Both the position numbers and the translations under genes were made by a program. Positions 38,632 through 49,600 of a DNA stretch of 64,000 nt are shown piece after piece. Under the pieces are notes generated by a model. The model had not been told where the DNA came from. It searched no databases and was given only the letters and a program-made list of their open reading frames with translations. The stretch comes from Bacteroidales bacterium (lineage in GTDB: Bacteria; Bacteroidota; Bacteroidia; Bacteroidales; UBA10428). Every line of letters starts with the position of its first letter. The first letter of the stretch is position 1. The stretch lies in contig JAFGPL010000099.1 of assembly GCA_016936215.1 (NCBI GenBank), positions 4,190 through 68,189 on the forward strand, in the 5' to 3' direction.

Positions 38632-39019
38632 ATTATTCTGTTTAAATAATTAAAAATCAATCCGATAATTATATAAAAAACTGTTTTGGGTTTTCATTGG
38701 GAATAAATATAATAATATTTCAATTATTTTGATTATTTCTACTTTTGTGATTTGTTACAAACTTAGAATAAAATTTCTATGAAAAAGAATACACTGATTT
38801 TTAAATTCTGTCCTGCTGATCTTATTTTCTACAATTTCATTTTTCAGGTCATTCGGCAAATTGTGTTAAAACAAACGGAAAATTATATTGGTATGTTTCT
38901 TTTAGTCTAAAAAGCGGTGGGCATATGCTATTTGGTCGCCACTTAAAACCGATAGTCGAATATTGTAATATATTCATAAGTAATAATTTCGGCAACTCAA
39001 CATTCTTAAATCAAAAGCA

Positions 39020-40201
39020 TTGATAAACAGTAGCGGAAAACTTACAATTACAGTCCCTGAGCTTCTTAACATCTTCACAACAATTAACCTTGTGATTATG
39101 TCAGCAATTCTGTTTTTTAGAAAACAGAATTCGCTGCCTAACATCATGCTGGCATTTATTCTTATACTTCCATCGTTAAATTACATTAATAACTACCTGA
39201 TACTTTCAGATAAACTGTATTTATGGCCATCTGTGATATTTTTCAGCCAGATTGGTGCATTGATATGCTCAGCCTTGATATACCAGTATTCAAAATTATT
39301 CATGGGTAAAAAATCGCTGGTATCAATCATACTTCATGTCATAACTGCTATCATGGTTACATATTGCCTTATACACTACCTGATCTTCTTAAGTCAACAT
39401 GAAAGTGTTAAAACATTGTTTATTCAAAATATACTTAAAGCTGTTTATCCACAATATCTTATACATTGCAGGGGTGCTTTTTTTCTGTTATTGAACAGTT
39501 ATTTTTTATTAATGCTCTATGAGTTGAGGAAACATTCAAAAAAAATATTTAATGTAAACTCTGACCTTGAACTTATCAAGCTCAGGTATCTCCAAAAGTT
39601 TGTACTTCTGATATGGCTTTTAAATATCGGTATACTAAGTTCTTATTTACTCATTCAAAATTATTATGTTGATTTTGTCGCCGTGCCGCTCATCACCAAT
39701 GTATTCTATATATTTATTCTGAAAACAGGATTTAATCATGCTGCAATATTCAAAGAAAGTGAGTTTGTTTCTTTTGAAAAGAGACTTAAAACTTTAAGTA
39801 ATATAAAGCAATCATGCAGTGTAAACATAAAATTTGAAGACAACGAGGCTGAGCAAATTCAAAAAAGGATTAATAACCTGATAAACGATAAAAAAATTTT
39901 TACAGACCCGGAAATAAATATCATCAAGCTTTCAAAACTTTTAGGAATAACAGTTCATCATACTTCTTATTTCATTAATAATTACCTAAATACCAATTTC
40001 TACAATCTTATTAATTCGAAACGAATAGAACTTGCAAAGGAAAAAATGGATATAAGAGGTATCAATTCAGAAATTGAAGTTATTGGATTTGAGTCAGGGT
40101 TCAATAGTAAATCAGCTTTTTACAGGGCTTTTAAAAGATATGTTAATTTATCACCTTCAGAATACATCAGTAAAAAAACGAATAACCGTAGGTTCATCTG
40201 A
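39020..40201 (+). CDS. membrane-embedded AraC-family transcriptional regulator
   Basis: 393 aa. About 6-7 TM helices, then an AraC HTH (GFESGFNSKSAFYRAFKRYVNLSPSEY). The track start is TTG; the first in-frame ATG is at 39098. Confidence 0.8.
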   Translation: MINSSGKLTITVPELLNIFTTINLVIMSAILFFRKQNSLPNIMLAFILILPSLNYINNYLILSDKLYLWPSVIFFSQIGALICSALIYQYSKLFMGKKSLVSIILHVITAIMVTYCLIHYLIFLSQHESVKTLFIQNILKAVYPQYLIHCRGAFFLLLNSYFLLMLYELRKHSKKIFNVNSDLELIKLRYLQKFVLLIWLLNIGILSSYLLIQNYYVDFVAVPLITNVFYIFILKTGFNHAAIFKESEFVSFEKRLKTLSNIKQSCSVNIKFEDNEAEQIQKRINNLINDKKIFTDPEINIIKLSKLLGITVHHTSYFINNYLNTNFYNLINSKRIELAKEKMDIRGINSEIEVIGFESGFNSKSAFYRAFKRYVNLSPSEYISKKTNNRRFI

Positions 40202-40387
40202 GCACGAGATAATTCCCACATTATAAAATGGGAAATAATCCGGAATAAAAATCCGTCTCACTTTATAAACAGCAACTTATAACTTATCAATTCATCTTAT
40301 TTTTAGCCAGGAATCTTACCGGTATTCTGTTAACCAGGACTGGTAAATGATTCGTAAAAATCAATTATTAACATTAATACCACAATT

Positions 40388-40951
40388 ATGAAAACAAATT
40401 TGATTATTCTGGCATTTCTTTTATGCATTTATTCGCATCGTGCAATGGCAAATAATGAGGATACAATCCCTGTATATAAGAATGAACTTAGATTTGGGGT
40501 ATATCAACTTTTTCAACAGGCACTTTATGTGAGTTATGAGCGCTTCTATAAAAACACCAGTACTGTATTATCACAAGAGATAACATACCTGAACTCGAAA
40601 AGCAGGAAAATCAGTGGTTATTATATTTTATTGGAACAACGTATAAACCTCTACAATTCAAAGGATTATCCATATAGTGTATACCTGGCTCCTGGAATAA
40701 AATACAGGTATAAGGATATCAACGATACAGATTATCATGATATTATTAATATTTACGGAATGCAGATTACAGGGGGACTAAAACTTATTTTTTATTCGCG
40801 GTTTACAATAGATATGCAATTTGGGGCAACGCTCCAGACTTCAGAAATTGATACAGAAAGGATATCCTATAATTACGATGATAATTATTTGAGTCCTGGA
40901 TATTCAGGTATTGCCCCGATATTTAATATGACGTTTGGTTTCAAGTTTTAA
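40388..40951 (+). CDS. small outer-membrane beta-barrel-like protein
   Basis: 187 aa, signal peptide. Alternating aromatic/hydrophobic strands and a C-terminal ...MTFGFKF ending in Phe. Confidence 0.5.
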   Translation: MKTNLIILAFLLCIYSHRAMANNEDTIPVYKNELRFGVYQLFQQALYVSYERFYKNTSTVLSQEITYLNSKSRKISGYYILLEQRINLYNSKDYPYSVYLAPGIKYRYKDINDTDYHDIINIYGMQITGGLKLIFYSRFTIDMQFGATLQTSEIDTERISYNYDDNYLSPGYSGIAPIFNMTFGFKF

Positions 40952-41244
40952 TGCTTAATAAAATATATAAACAACTGCAAAACAAAAATAAATATATAAA
41001 AACATTGGGATGGGTTTCCATAATGCTTATTTCCGGGTTTATATTAATCTTTATCATGGTTCACTTGAATACACCCGGAATTGGATCTAACAGGCTGCCT
41101 TTTAGCATATACTATTATACTCATTGCCGCTGGCTTTTTATTAGTGGATTAATCATGATCGGAATGTCAGAGATGTTCATTTCGATCATTTTTTTTTCAC
41201 GAAAACAAAGTATTACAGGAGCATTGCACTACTCTTCATACTAA
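40951..41244 (+). CDS. membrane protein, N-terminal fragment (see T9 frameshift finding)
   Basis: 97 aa, 2-3 TM helices. Start overlaps the upstream stop. Ends 45 nt after a T9 run. Confidence 0.45.
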   Translation: MLNKIYKQLQNKNKYIKTLGWVSIMLISGFILIFIMVHLNTPGIGSNRLPFSIYYYTHCRWLFISGLIMIGMSEMFISIIFFSRKQSITGALHYSSY

Positions 41245-41588
41245 TGGGCATAAGCAGCTTTTTGATTGCATTTTTTCCTATGGGTCTATCTCCGTCCTAT
41301 GTCTTGAAAAACTATATTCATATTTATGCTGCTGCTGTTCAATTTGTTTTATTCCCTGTGACCTCCTTCTTACTTGGATTGATAAATATGAAAGTAAAAC
41401 GCATACTCATTTTTGGTTTAACTTTCATTTCAACGGGTACATTAGTCTTCCTATTTCATTTATTAAGAATTGAAAACCAGTTCTTTCAACAGTGTTATGG
41501 CTTTATTCAGAGATTGTATATTATGCTTATTGTTCTATACCTTGCTGGAATTTCTGTAGTAGTTATTCTAAAATCAAAAAAGATATAA
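41244..41588 (+). CDS. membrane protein, C-terminal fragment (see T9 frameshift finding)
   Basis: 114 aa, 3-4 TM helices. The TAATG junction overlaps the previous ORF. This frame is already open from 41145. Confidence 0.45.
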   Translation: MGISSFLIAFFPMGLSPSYVLKNYIHIYAAAVQFVLFPVTSFLLGLINMKVKRILIFGLTFISTGTLVFLFHLLRIENQFFQQCYGFIQRLYIMLIVLYLAGISVVVILKSKKI

Positions 41589-41616
41589 GAAGCATTAAAT
41601 GAAATCAATTGCCCAC

Positions 41617-43176
41617 TTAGTTTTTATTTATCTCAAGTAACAACGCAATGGTATTTTTATTTTTTGAATCACTTGATATTTTAAGGGTCTTCCCTCCGGC
41701 AAATTTGAGATCGGTTGCCAATTCGTCTTTTAAGGTATTGGTAACTTTTTCCTCATAGGTATTACCTGCTGAATTATTAATAGCCTCGTTAAGTTTAATG
41801 TAATCAAGTATTTGTCTTGAAATTACAATTGCCAGACGGTCTTTTGTGCCCTTTTCATCCGGGAATAAAGAGTAATCTTTCGGGAATAACCTCTGTCCGG
41901 TAATTCCGCAATAAGGTGAATGTTTTTTTGTGTAGGGAAATAACACATAACTTGACCCGTCTGTTTCTTCACCAAAAATATATGTATAGCATTCTACCGA
42001 ATTGGTAATTGCCACTTTAAATTCATCCTGGGGATTTAGCTTTTCCGTTGTTTCAAATAGTATTCCGGAATTGTATTCAAAGGGTACATATGCTCCGGAT
42101 TTATTTAAGACCAGACCTATTTCTATATCAAGCATTGTAGTAAAAACTTTCTCTGCATCACCCATTGGGTAGAGTCCGTATGCTTCCCTGGTAAAATACT
42201 CAAAGTCGTTGTACCTTATCCATGCTATTCCTTCGTTTCCCCATTCTTCCCCCCAACTGTTCATGAGTTGAAAGGCCCCGCCCTGTATATAATCATCATA
42301 CCCGATAACGCACATGGCATGACCGCCAAAGCCCTTCATGGCGTAATCAGTTTCATCAGGAATCCAGATATCCTCACCAGCCATAGAGGACATAAAACTG
42401 CCCCCCACCATCATACCGATCACTACGGGCGCACCTTGTGCAATGTTCTGTTTAATCGCAAGCAGATCAGTTTTATAATCGTCACCGCTGCGTGAAAGCC
42501 TGTTAAAACCCTTTATTTTATAATCAGTAGCTGCTTCACGTTCAGTCTGGGAAGGCTTATCGGAGCATGAGTTCTCATCGTATGCAAAATTAGAAAACGG
42601 TAAAGCACCTTCATTATGCATTACATCCATTGCCCTCTGTAAATATGTACCCTGGCAGTTTGGAAGGGCTATCTGGTTATAAACATAAGACGGGCTGAAA
42701 GTTAAATCATCAGGGTTTTCCCCGGTAGCTTTTGAATATAGGATTGTCCTTGCTGCATATGCACTGGCCCAGCCCACACAAGATCCCTGGCTTCCCTGGT
42801 TGAGTCGAGTCGGGCAATATCGCTTTAAAGTTACCTTCTCAGGTAAGGGATTATTTATATTATCGGCAAGAGGTTCAAAAACTTCAGCAGAATCATACAC
42901 ACGTTCATCCATAAACAACCCTGTACCCTGCATCAAACTTTGAAGCATGCTGCTTTCCGGAGATGAACTGCCGGTTCTCCCAAGTATAAAATAAATTGCA
43001 ATACCTACAATAATGAGGATAATAGCAAGTTTGGGATTCCTTCTGAATAAATTAAAAATCATTGGCAAAATTGCACCTGCCAAACCGCTTCCCCCGATAT
43101 TTCCGCCTCCAGGTCCGCCTGATGTCCTTCTTTCCTGCTGGTATCCGCCACTATCTTTTTTAATCCTTATGGGCAT
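41617..43176 (-). CDS. membrane-anchored papain-like (C1) cysteine peptidase with DUF4384-like C-terminal domain
   Basis: 519 aa. Gly-rich cytoplasmic N-terminus plus 1 TM. Catalytic blocks QGSQGSCVGWASAYA (Cys), GGHAMCVIGYDD (His) and NSWGEEWGNEG (Asn). C-terminus YTYIFGEETDGSSYVLFP. Confidence 0.8.
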   Translation of the reverse strand: MPIRIKKDSGGYQQERRTSGGPGGGNIGGSGLAGAILPMIFNLFRRNPKLAIILIIVGIAIYFILGRTGSSSPESSMLQSLMQGTGLFMDERVYDSAEVFEPLADNINNPLPEKVTLKRYCPTRLNQGSQGSCVGWASAYAARTILYSKATGENPDDLTFSPSYVYNQIALPNCQGTYLQRAMDVMHNEGALPFSNFAYDENSCSDKPSQTEREAATDYKIKGFNRLSRSGDDYKTDLLAIKQNIAQGAPVVIGMMVGGSFMSSMAGEDIWIPDETDYAMKGFGGHAMCVIGYDDYIQGGAFQLMNSWGEEWGNEGIAWIRYNDFEYFTREAYGLYPMGDAEKVFTTMLDIEIGLVLNKSGAYVPFEYNSGILFETTEKLNPQDEFKVAITNSVECYTYIFGEETDGSSYVLFPYTKKHSPYCGITGQRLFPKDYSLFPDEKGTKDRLAIVISRQILDYIKLNEAINNSAGNTYEEKVTNTLKDELATDLKFAGGKTLKISSDSKNKNTIALLLEINKN

Positions 43177-43595
43177 AGATTTATTTTTTAATATTGATTT
43201 AACTTATCTTCTGAAACTATATAAATATAGCAAAATATTATGATATCAATTTCATTAGTTAATGATTTTATCAATTCCTTAAATCTGCAGGTTAATGCTA
43301 TCTTTCCAGGAAGTGATTTGTTCATTTGTTATTATGAATGAAATGAAGAATTTCCCAAAAACATGCCAGATTGTTCACTCTTTAAAAATGACAAGATAAC
43401 ATGCGGATTTAAAAAAATGACATTGAAATGTTAAAATCTCCGATTTATCAAAAAAGCATTTATACCTAAAAGGGTATCTAAAAATATATGATTATATTGC
43501 GGCACATAATCGTTATATAATGTTCAGACACGCATTTTTCTATGAGAACCGGGTATTATTTATACCTGTAATATATTGCAAATAGAAAATATGAC

Positions 43596-46541
43596 ATGAA
43601 TAAAGTATTAAAAATAAATATTATCTGTTTGATATTTGCATGGATTCCCATGTTTGAGGGTCTGTCGCAGGTTTTAATCAACGAAATACTGGCGACCAAT
43701 GCCAATTCGGTACTTGATCCTGATTTTTATAATTACCCCGACATCATTGAGATATATAATTCAGGAAACCAAAGCGTTGTGCTTTCTGATTATTACTTGT
43801 CAGACGACCCGGGATTTCTGTTTAAATGGAAAATGCCAGTGGTTACACTATATTCTAAGCAGTTCTATGTTTTTTATTGTGACAAAAAAAATACCGGAAG
43901 GCATACAAATTTCGGTCTGGATGCGGATGGTGAAGATGTTTATCTTACAGACAAAAATGGCAATAGAATTGACCATATAAGGTATGGAAAACAATACCCT
44001 GATATTTCATACGGACGTGATCCGAATGAAACATCAAGATGGTATTATTGCCTGAAACCAACGCCCGGTAGTGCCAACAGCATAACAACTGCGCTGGGAC
44101 AATCTCCTGAAGTCAAATATTCTTTACAGGCAGGAGTGCATAATTCGGCAGCAACTTTGGTTCTTTCAGGCAACTCCATAAAATATACAACAAATGGTGC
44201 AGACCCTGATAAAAATTCTACCTCCTATTCCCAGCCAATTGCCATTAACAAGACGATGACCGTCAAGACAAAATCGTTTGAGGATGATTTTATGCCGGGC
44301 GGGACCTTTGCAAATACCTATTTTTTAAATACACATAATTTTACACTTCCGGTAATATCCTTGTCTTTCAAACCAGAGTATTTCTATGACAATACTATTG
44401 GTATTCATGTAGTTGGAACGAATGGTACAGAGGGTGATTGCGGCTCCATGGCCAACTGGAACCAGCATTGGGAAAGGTCTGCATACCTCGAATTTTTTGA
44501 TGAAGAGGGAATTAAAAAGATTTCTCAGCCAATTGGTGTTAAAGTATCCGGGGGATGTACGCGCGGAAGGGACCAGAAATCATTATCTTTTTATGCCCGG
44601 GGCAAGTATGGAGATAACGACTTTGATTATCCAGTGTTTAAACAGAAACCAGACATTGTAAGCTATAAGTCATTACTATTAAGAAACTCAGGCAATGACC
44701 AGGACCAAACCCTTTTACGCGATGCCTTCCTTCAGGCAGTTGTAAACCGTTCAATGGACATTGATTTCCAATCTTATCAACCTGTAATAGTATACTTTAA
44801 TGGTGAATACCGGGGCATTATGAACCTGAGGGAAAAAGTTGATGAAGATTATTTTTTTTCAAATTATGCGTTGCAAAGCGACCAGATAGATTTTCTTGAA
44901 GGTATTCTTCGCAGCGATTTCAATAACTGTTACGATGCCATCAGGGGCAGTGCGAATGACTATTGGGATATTGTGTCTTATCTCACAGCCAACAACCTTG
45001 ATATTGAAGCTAATTATCAACACATCGCTTCTCAGATTGACATACAGGAATATATAAATTACATGACCCTGCAGACCTATGTTGCCAACCGCGACTGGCC
45101 CGGGAATAATTTGAAATTCTGGAAGAAATCAGAGAACGGAAAATGGAGATGGATTGTCTTTGACCTCGATTACGGTTTTGGATTCAGGCTTGACGAGAAC
45201 GGTTACACTCACGAAACCTTTGATTTCGTAACTGAACCAAACGGACCCGATCACCCTAACCCGTCCTGGTCTACCCTACTCTTCAGAAAATTGATTGAAA
45301 ATGAGGGCTTTAAAAAGCAGTTTCTCAGCACCTATATAACACACATGTATACTTCGTTTACACCCGAATGGTGTAATTATGTGCTTGACAGCCTTTCTTC
45401 AGTAATTGACTATGAAATAGGATACAACCAGGCTAAATACGGAAGGACAAAAGACAAATGGTTACAATACTTAAATGATTTAAAGGAATATGCCCTAAAG
45501 AGGAATTCATTTATGCCGGGACATGTTAAATCATTTTTTAACCTTTCATCTGATACCCGGAATATAAGCATTATAAACAAGGATACAAGAAAAGGAAAAG
45601 TACTTATAAATGAAGCCTTAATACAGATGTATCCTGCAGAAATAATTACTTACAACGAATTGCCCTTAAAAATAAAAGCTATACCGGAAAAAGGCTATCA
45701 GTTTAAACAATGGAATTACGCTGGTTCGAATAATCTATTAAGTAATAAGGTTGAAATTGTATGCGATACAAGTTATCATCTTGAAATAGAACCTGTTTTC
45801 GAGCCTGTCGTTCAGAAAGAAGGGATATATCTGAACGAAATTGCTTCCACAACCAGCTTGTTCAGGGATGAGTTTGATGAAAAATCGGGGTTTGTTGAAT
45901 TGTATAACAATACAACCAGCGATATTGCCCTTTTCAGCTATTTTATATCTGACAAAAAGGGCAACCTGATGCGTTATGCAATACCCGATTCCACCGTAAT
46001 CCCAGCCAATGGATATATTACCATATTCCTTGATGCCGAAGCAAAACAGGGCGACATGCATGCTTCATTTAAAACCGATCAGGATGGAGAAACAATCTTT
46101 CTTTCCATAAAATCGGGCGATGCAATTGAAATAATTGATTCTGTGAATTATAACTACATTATCGAGAATCACTCATTTGGAAAATATCCCGATGGTACCG
46201 GTAGCTGGCAGCATATGGTAAATATTACCCCAGGTAGCACAAATGATGCGGAAAAGCTAATGGATAATGTTGAATACCCATTGGCAAAAGATATGGTAAA
46301 AATCTATCCCAATCCATCTGATGGCCTGTTAAGAATTATGCTGACAAACAGCGGCCCGATATCTGAAACCTTGTTTTTAGATATTGCAGATTTAAGCGGA
46401 AAGATTGTTTTTCCTAAAGCAATTATTAATATCGCCGAAGGTTGCATTGATTTAACTTCAATACCAGAGGGTTTTTATTTTGTAAGAATTTTTAGGGGTG
46501 ATGTTTTAACAGAAACAGAGAAATTACTAATTATTAAATGA
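43596..46541 (+). CDS. LTD-CotH-LTD multidomain protein with T9SS C-terminal sorting domain
   Basis: 981 aa. Lamin-tail-like INEILATNAN...IIEIYNSG near the N-terminus and LNEIAS...GFVELYNNT near the C-terminus. CotH blocks YRGIMNLREKVDEDYF and FDLDYGFG. Tail IYPNPSDGLL. Confidence 0.8.
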   Translation: MNKVLKINIICLIFAWIPMFEGLSQVLINEILATNANSVLDPDFYNYPDIIEIYNSGNQSVVLSDYYLSDDPGFLFKWKMPVVTLYSKQFYVFYCDKKNTGRHTNFGLDADGEDVYLTDKNGNRIDHIRYGKQYPDISYGRDPNETSRWYYCLKPTPGSANSITTALGQSPEVKYSLQAGVHNSAATLVLSGNSIKYTTNGADPDKNSTSYSQPIAINKTMTVKTKSFEDDFMPGGTFANTYFLNTHNFTLPVISLSFKPEYFYDNTIGIHVVGTNGTEGDCGSMANWNQHWERSAYLEFFDEEGIKKISQPIGVKVSGGCTRGRDQKSLSFYARGKYGDNDFDYPVFKQKPDIVSYKSLLLRNSGNDQDQTLLRDAFLQAVVNRSMDIDFQSYQPVIVYFNGEYRGIMNLREKVDEDYFFSNYALQSDQIDFLEGILRSDFNNCYDAIRGSANDYWDIVSYLTANNLDIEANYQHIASQIDIQEYINYMTLQTYVANRDWPGNNLKFWKKSENGKWRWIVFDLDYGFGFRLDENGYTHETFDFVTEPNGPDHPNPSWSTLLFRKLIENEGFKKQFLSTYITHMYTSFTPEWCNYVLDSLSSVIDYEIGYNQAKYGRTKDKWLQYLNDLKEYALKRNSFMPGHVKSFFNLSSDTRNISIINKDTRKGKVLINEALIQMYPAEIITYNELPLKIKAIPEKGYQFKQWNYAGSNNLLSNKVEIVCDTSYHLEIEPVFEPVVQKEGIYLNEIASTTSLFRDEFDEKSGFVELYNNTTSDIALFSYFISDKKGNLMRYAIPDSTVIPANGYITIFLDAEAKQGDMHASFKTDQDGETIFLSIKSGDAIEIIDSVNYNYIIENHSFGKYPDGTGSWQHMVNITPGSTNDAEKLMDNVEYPLAKDMVKIYPNPSDGLLRIMLTNSGPISETLFLDIADLSGKIVFPKAIINIAEGCIDLTSIPEGFYFVRIFRGDVLTETEKLLIIK

Positions 46542-46697
46542 GTTAAAAAATGAATTTTTACACACCATAACTAATTTCTCTATTTATGCGTATTAAAAAT
46601 TAAAGTGTTTTCATTACACTTGCAAAATAGATGATTGCTTTCGAACAACTTGTTATGTTGTTCTGCTATAAATTGATTATGAAATAATTATTAAAAC

Positions 46698-49600
46698 ATG
46701 AAATTCATATATTTTCTCTTTCTTTTTGTTTCATTGAATTTTACAGTTCACGCTCAACTGATTATTAATGAAATATCTGCTACCAATGCAACTTCGCACT
46801 ATGAAACAGACTTTTATAATTTTCCGGATTTTATAGAATTGTATAATCAGGAAAGTATTGCCATAAGCCTTTCCGATTATTATATCTCAGATGATCCTGA
46901 TTATCTCAAAAAATGGCAATTACCAAATTATCGGCTTGGTACCGGAAAGTACTATTTGATTTATTGTGACAACAAATCAACAGGAAGGCATACCAATTTC
47001 GGACTTGATGCTGATGGTGAATCTGTTTTCCTTAGCAATAGTTCGGGTATAATCATTGACCAGGTTACATATGGCAAACAATATACAGACATTTCTTATG
47101 GAAGGGGGACTGATCAATACAACAGGTGGTATTATTGCCAACAGCCAACCCCTGGTGCGGCAAATACTGTGTCAGAATCCATAGAACAAGCCCCAAGGGT
47201 ACAATATTCGCTTCAGGCAGGCAGGTTAAATGCCTTTACCCCTTTGAACATGACTGGAGATATTGTAAGATACACCACAAATGGAACTGAACCATCAGGG
47301 GCAGCAAGTTTATTTTCTTCTCCTCTTAATATTAACAAAACAATGGTTGTAAAAACCAAAAATTATGATGATTATTTCCTGCCCAGCATAACTTATGCAA
47401 ATACTTTTTTCTATAATGAACATAATTTTACGCTGCCCGTATTGTCCTTGTCATACAATCCTGAATACTTTACAGATAACACCATTGGTATTTATGTTGT
47501 CGGAACGAATGGCATTGAGGGTAACTGTTATGGCAAGGCCAACTGGAACCAGAAATGGGAAAGGACAGCGTACATGGAATATTTTGATGAAAAAGGGATT
47601 AAACAAATATCTCAGCCCGTTGGAGTTAAAGTTTCCGGTGGGTGCAGCAGGTCGTTTACCGACCAGAAATCACTTTCGATTTATGCCAGGGGCAAATATG
47701 GCAATGCAGATTTTGATTATCCCTTTTTTAAGGAAAAACCTTACTTGGTGAAATCCCAATCACTATTTCTGAGAAATTCAGGTAACGACGTGAATGCAAC
47801 CCAATTACGGGACGCTTTTCTTCAGGCGCTTGCAAAGGGTTCAGTGGACATTGATTTTCAGGCTTATCAACCAGTAATTACATATTTTAATGGCTCATAT
47901 TGGGGATTGATGAATTTCAGGGAGAAGACCAACGAGGATTATATTTATGGCAATTATGCAATTTTAGATGACAGTGTTGATTTCCTCGAAGGGAATTTAA
48001 GAAGTGGCCTGTCAAATAATTATTCAGCTATCCGGGGCTCTTTGACTGATTATGAAGAGATTATTAACTTTATTTCAACCCATAGCCTTGAAAATGATTC
48101 TGATTATAATTATGTTGCATCAAAAATTGATCTCCGGGAATACCTTAATTATACTGCATTCCAGATTTATATAGCAAACACCGACTGGCCCGGTAACAAT
48201 TTGAAATTCTGGAAGAAGTCTGAAAACGGGAAATGGCGATGGATATTATATGACACCGATTTCGGTTTTGGGGCAACATCTTATGATCATCAGACAATTG
48301 AATTTGCTACAGAACAAAACGGGCCGGATTGGCCAAATCCGCCATGGGCCACCCTACTCTTCAGAAAGCTAATGGAAAATCAAGGCTTTCAGAATATGTT
48401 TGCTTCTAAATTACTGACTTTAAGAAATACAATATTTCACCCCGATTGGTGCACTTTTGTAATGGATAGCTTGTCCTCAATTATAGATTACGAAATTACC
48501 TTTCAGAAAAACAGGTGGGGGGGCTCGCGCAACGATTGGTTTAACAGCATCAATTCACTTAAATCATTTGCAACCGCCCGTTATAATTTTATACCTGGTT
48601 ATATTGCCAATTATTTTGGCTTTACCGGGGATGATGTTGTCATCTCAATTTCAAATTCCAATCCTTTTCAAGGAGAAGTAGCTGTAAACGAATCGGTAAT
48701 CAGGAATTATCCTTTTTCGATGACTACATATAAAAACCTTGAATTATCAATAAAAGCAATGCCAGCAAAAGGTTACCGGTTTAAACAATGGAATTATACC
48801 ACCGGTTACCAGATTATCCCGGTCATCAGTCTGGGTAGTGAATGGAGTTACCTGGACACCGCGTCCGGTTACCCGGCCGGCTGGAATGACCTGGCTTTCG
48901 GTGATACATTGTGGGCTGAAGGATATGCTAAACTCGGCTATGGTGATGGCAACGAGGTTACAACCATAAGTTATGGCCCTGATGCCGGCAATAAGATACC
49001 TGCTGCTTTGTTCCGAAAAAGCTTTTTTCTTGATGATACAGCGGGTATGAATGGTTTTTTGCTTACCCTGAATGCTGATGACGGGGCTGTAGTTTATTTA
49101 AACGGAACTGAAGTTCACCGCTTTAACATGCCGGCAGGGAATGTGGAGTTTTCAACTTATGCAGCAAGTGCGAATGAAATTACCCAAAGCCAGGTAAATA
49201 TTGATAAAAACCTGCTAAAACCCGGAGAAAATGTTATAGCCTGTGAAGTTCACCAGGCAAATGGTACAAGCAGCGACCTGGGTTTTGATCTTTCGCTGGA
49301 ATATACCCTTATCACGCAGCCTGAAGGAGAAATTTTCAGCCATCATTCTTTACTTATCAGCGATTCAAGTTTTAACATAGCAATAGAACCGGTTTTTGAA
49401 CCGATAGTGCCCACCAACGGGATTATGCTTAATGAGGTAGCTGCTGTCTCAGCCAAATTCAGGGATGAATATGGTGAAAAATCAGGATTTGTTGAATTGT
49501 GCAATACTTCTGATGAAGAAATAATTCTTTATAGTTACTTTATCTCTGACAAACCGGAAAACCTTATGCGCTTCGCGATACCTGATTCAACTGTTATCCC

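Noticed and set aside
38779-38905. Short ATG-initiated ORF (MKKNTLIFKFCPADLIFYNF...) in the gap upstream of the AraC regulator
   Set aside because: There is no signal or terminator structure, no conservation evidence, and the composition is typical of AT-rich non-coding sequence.
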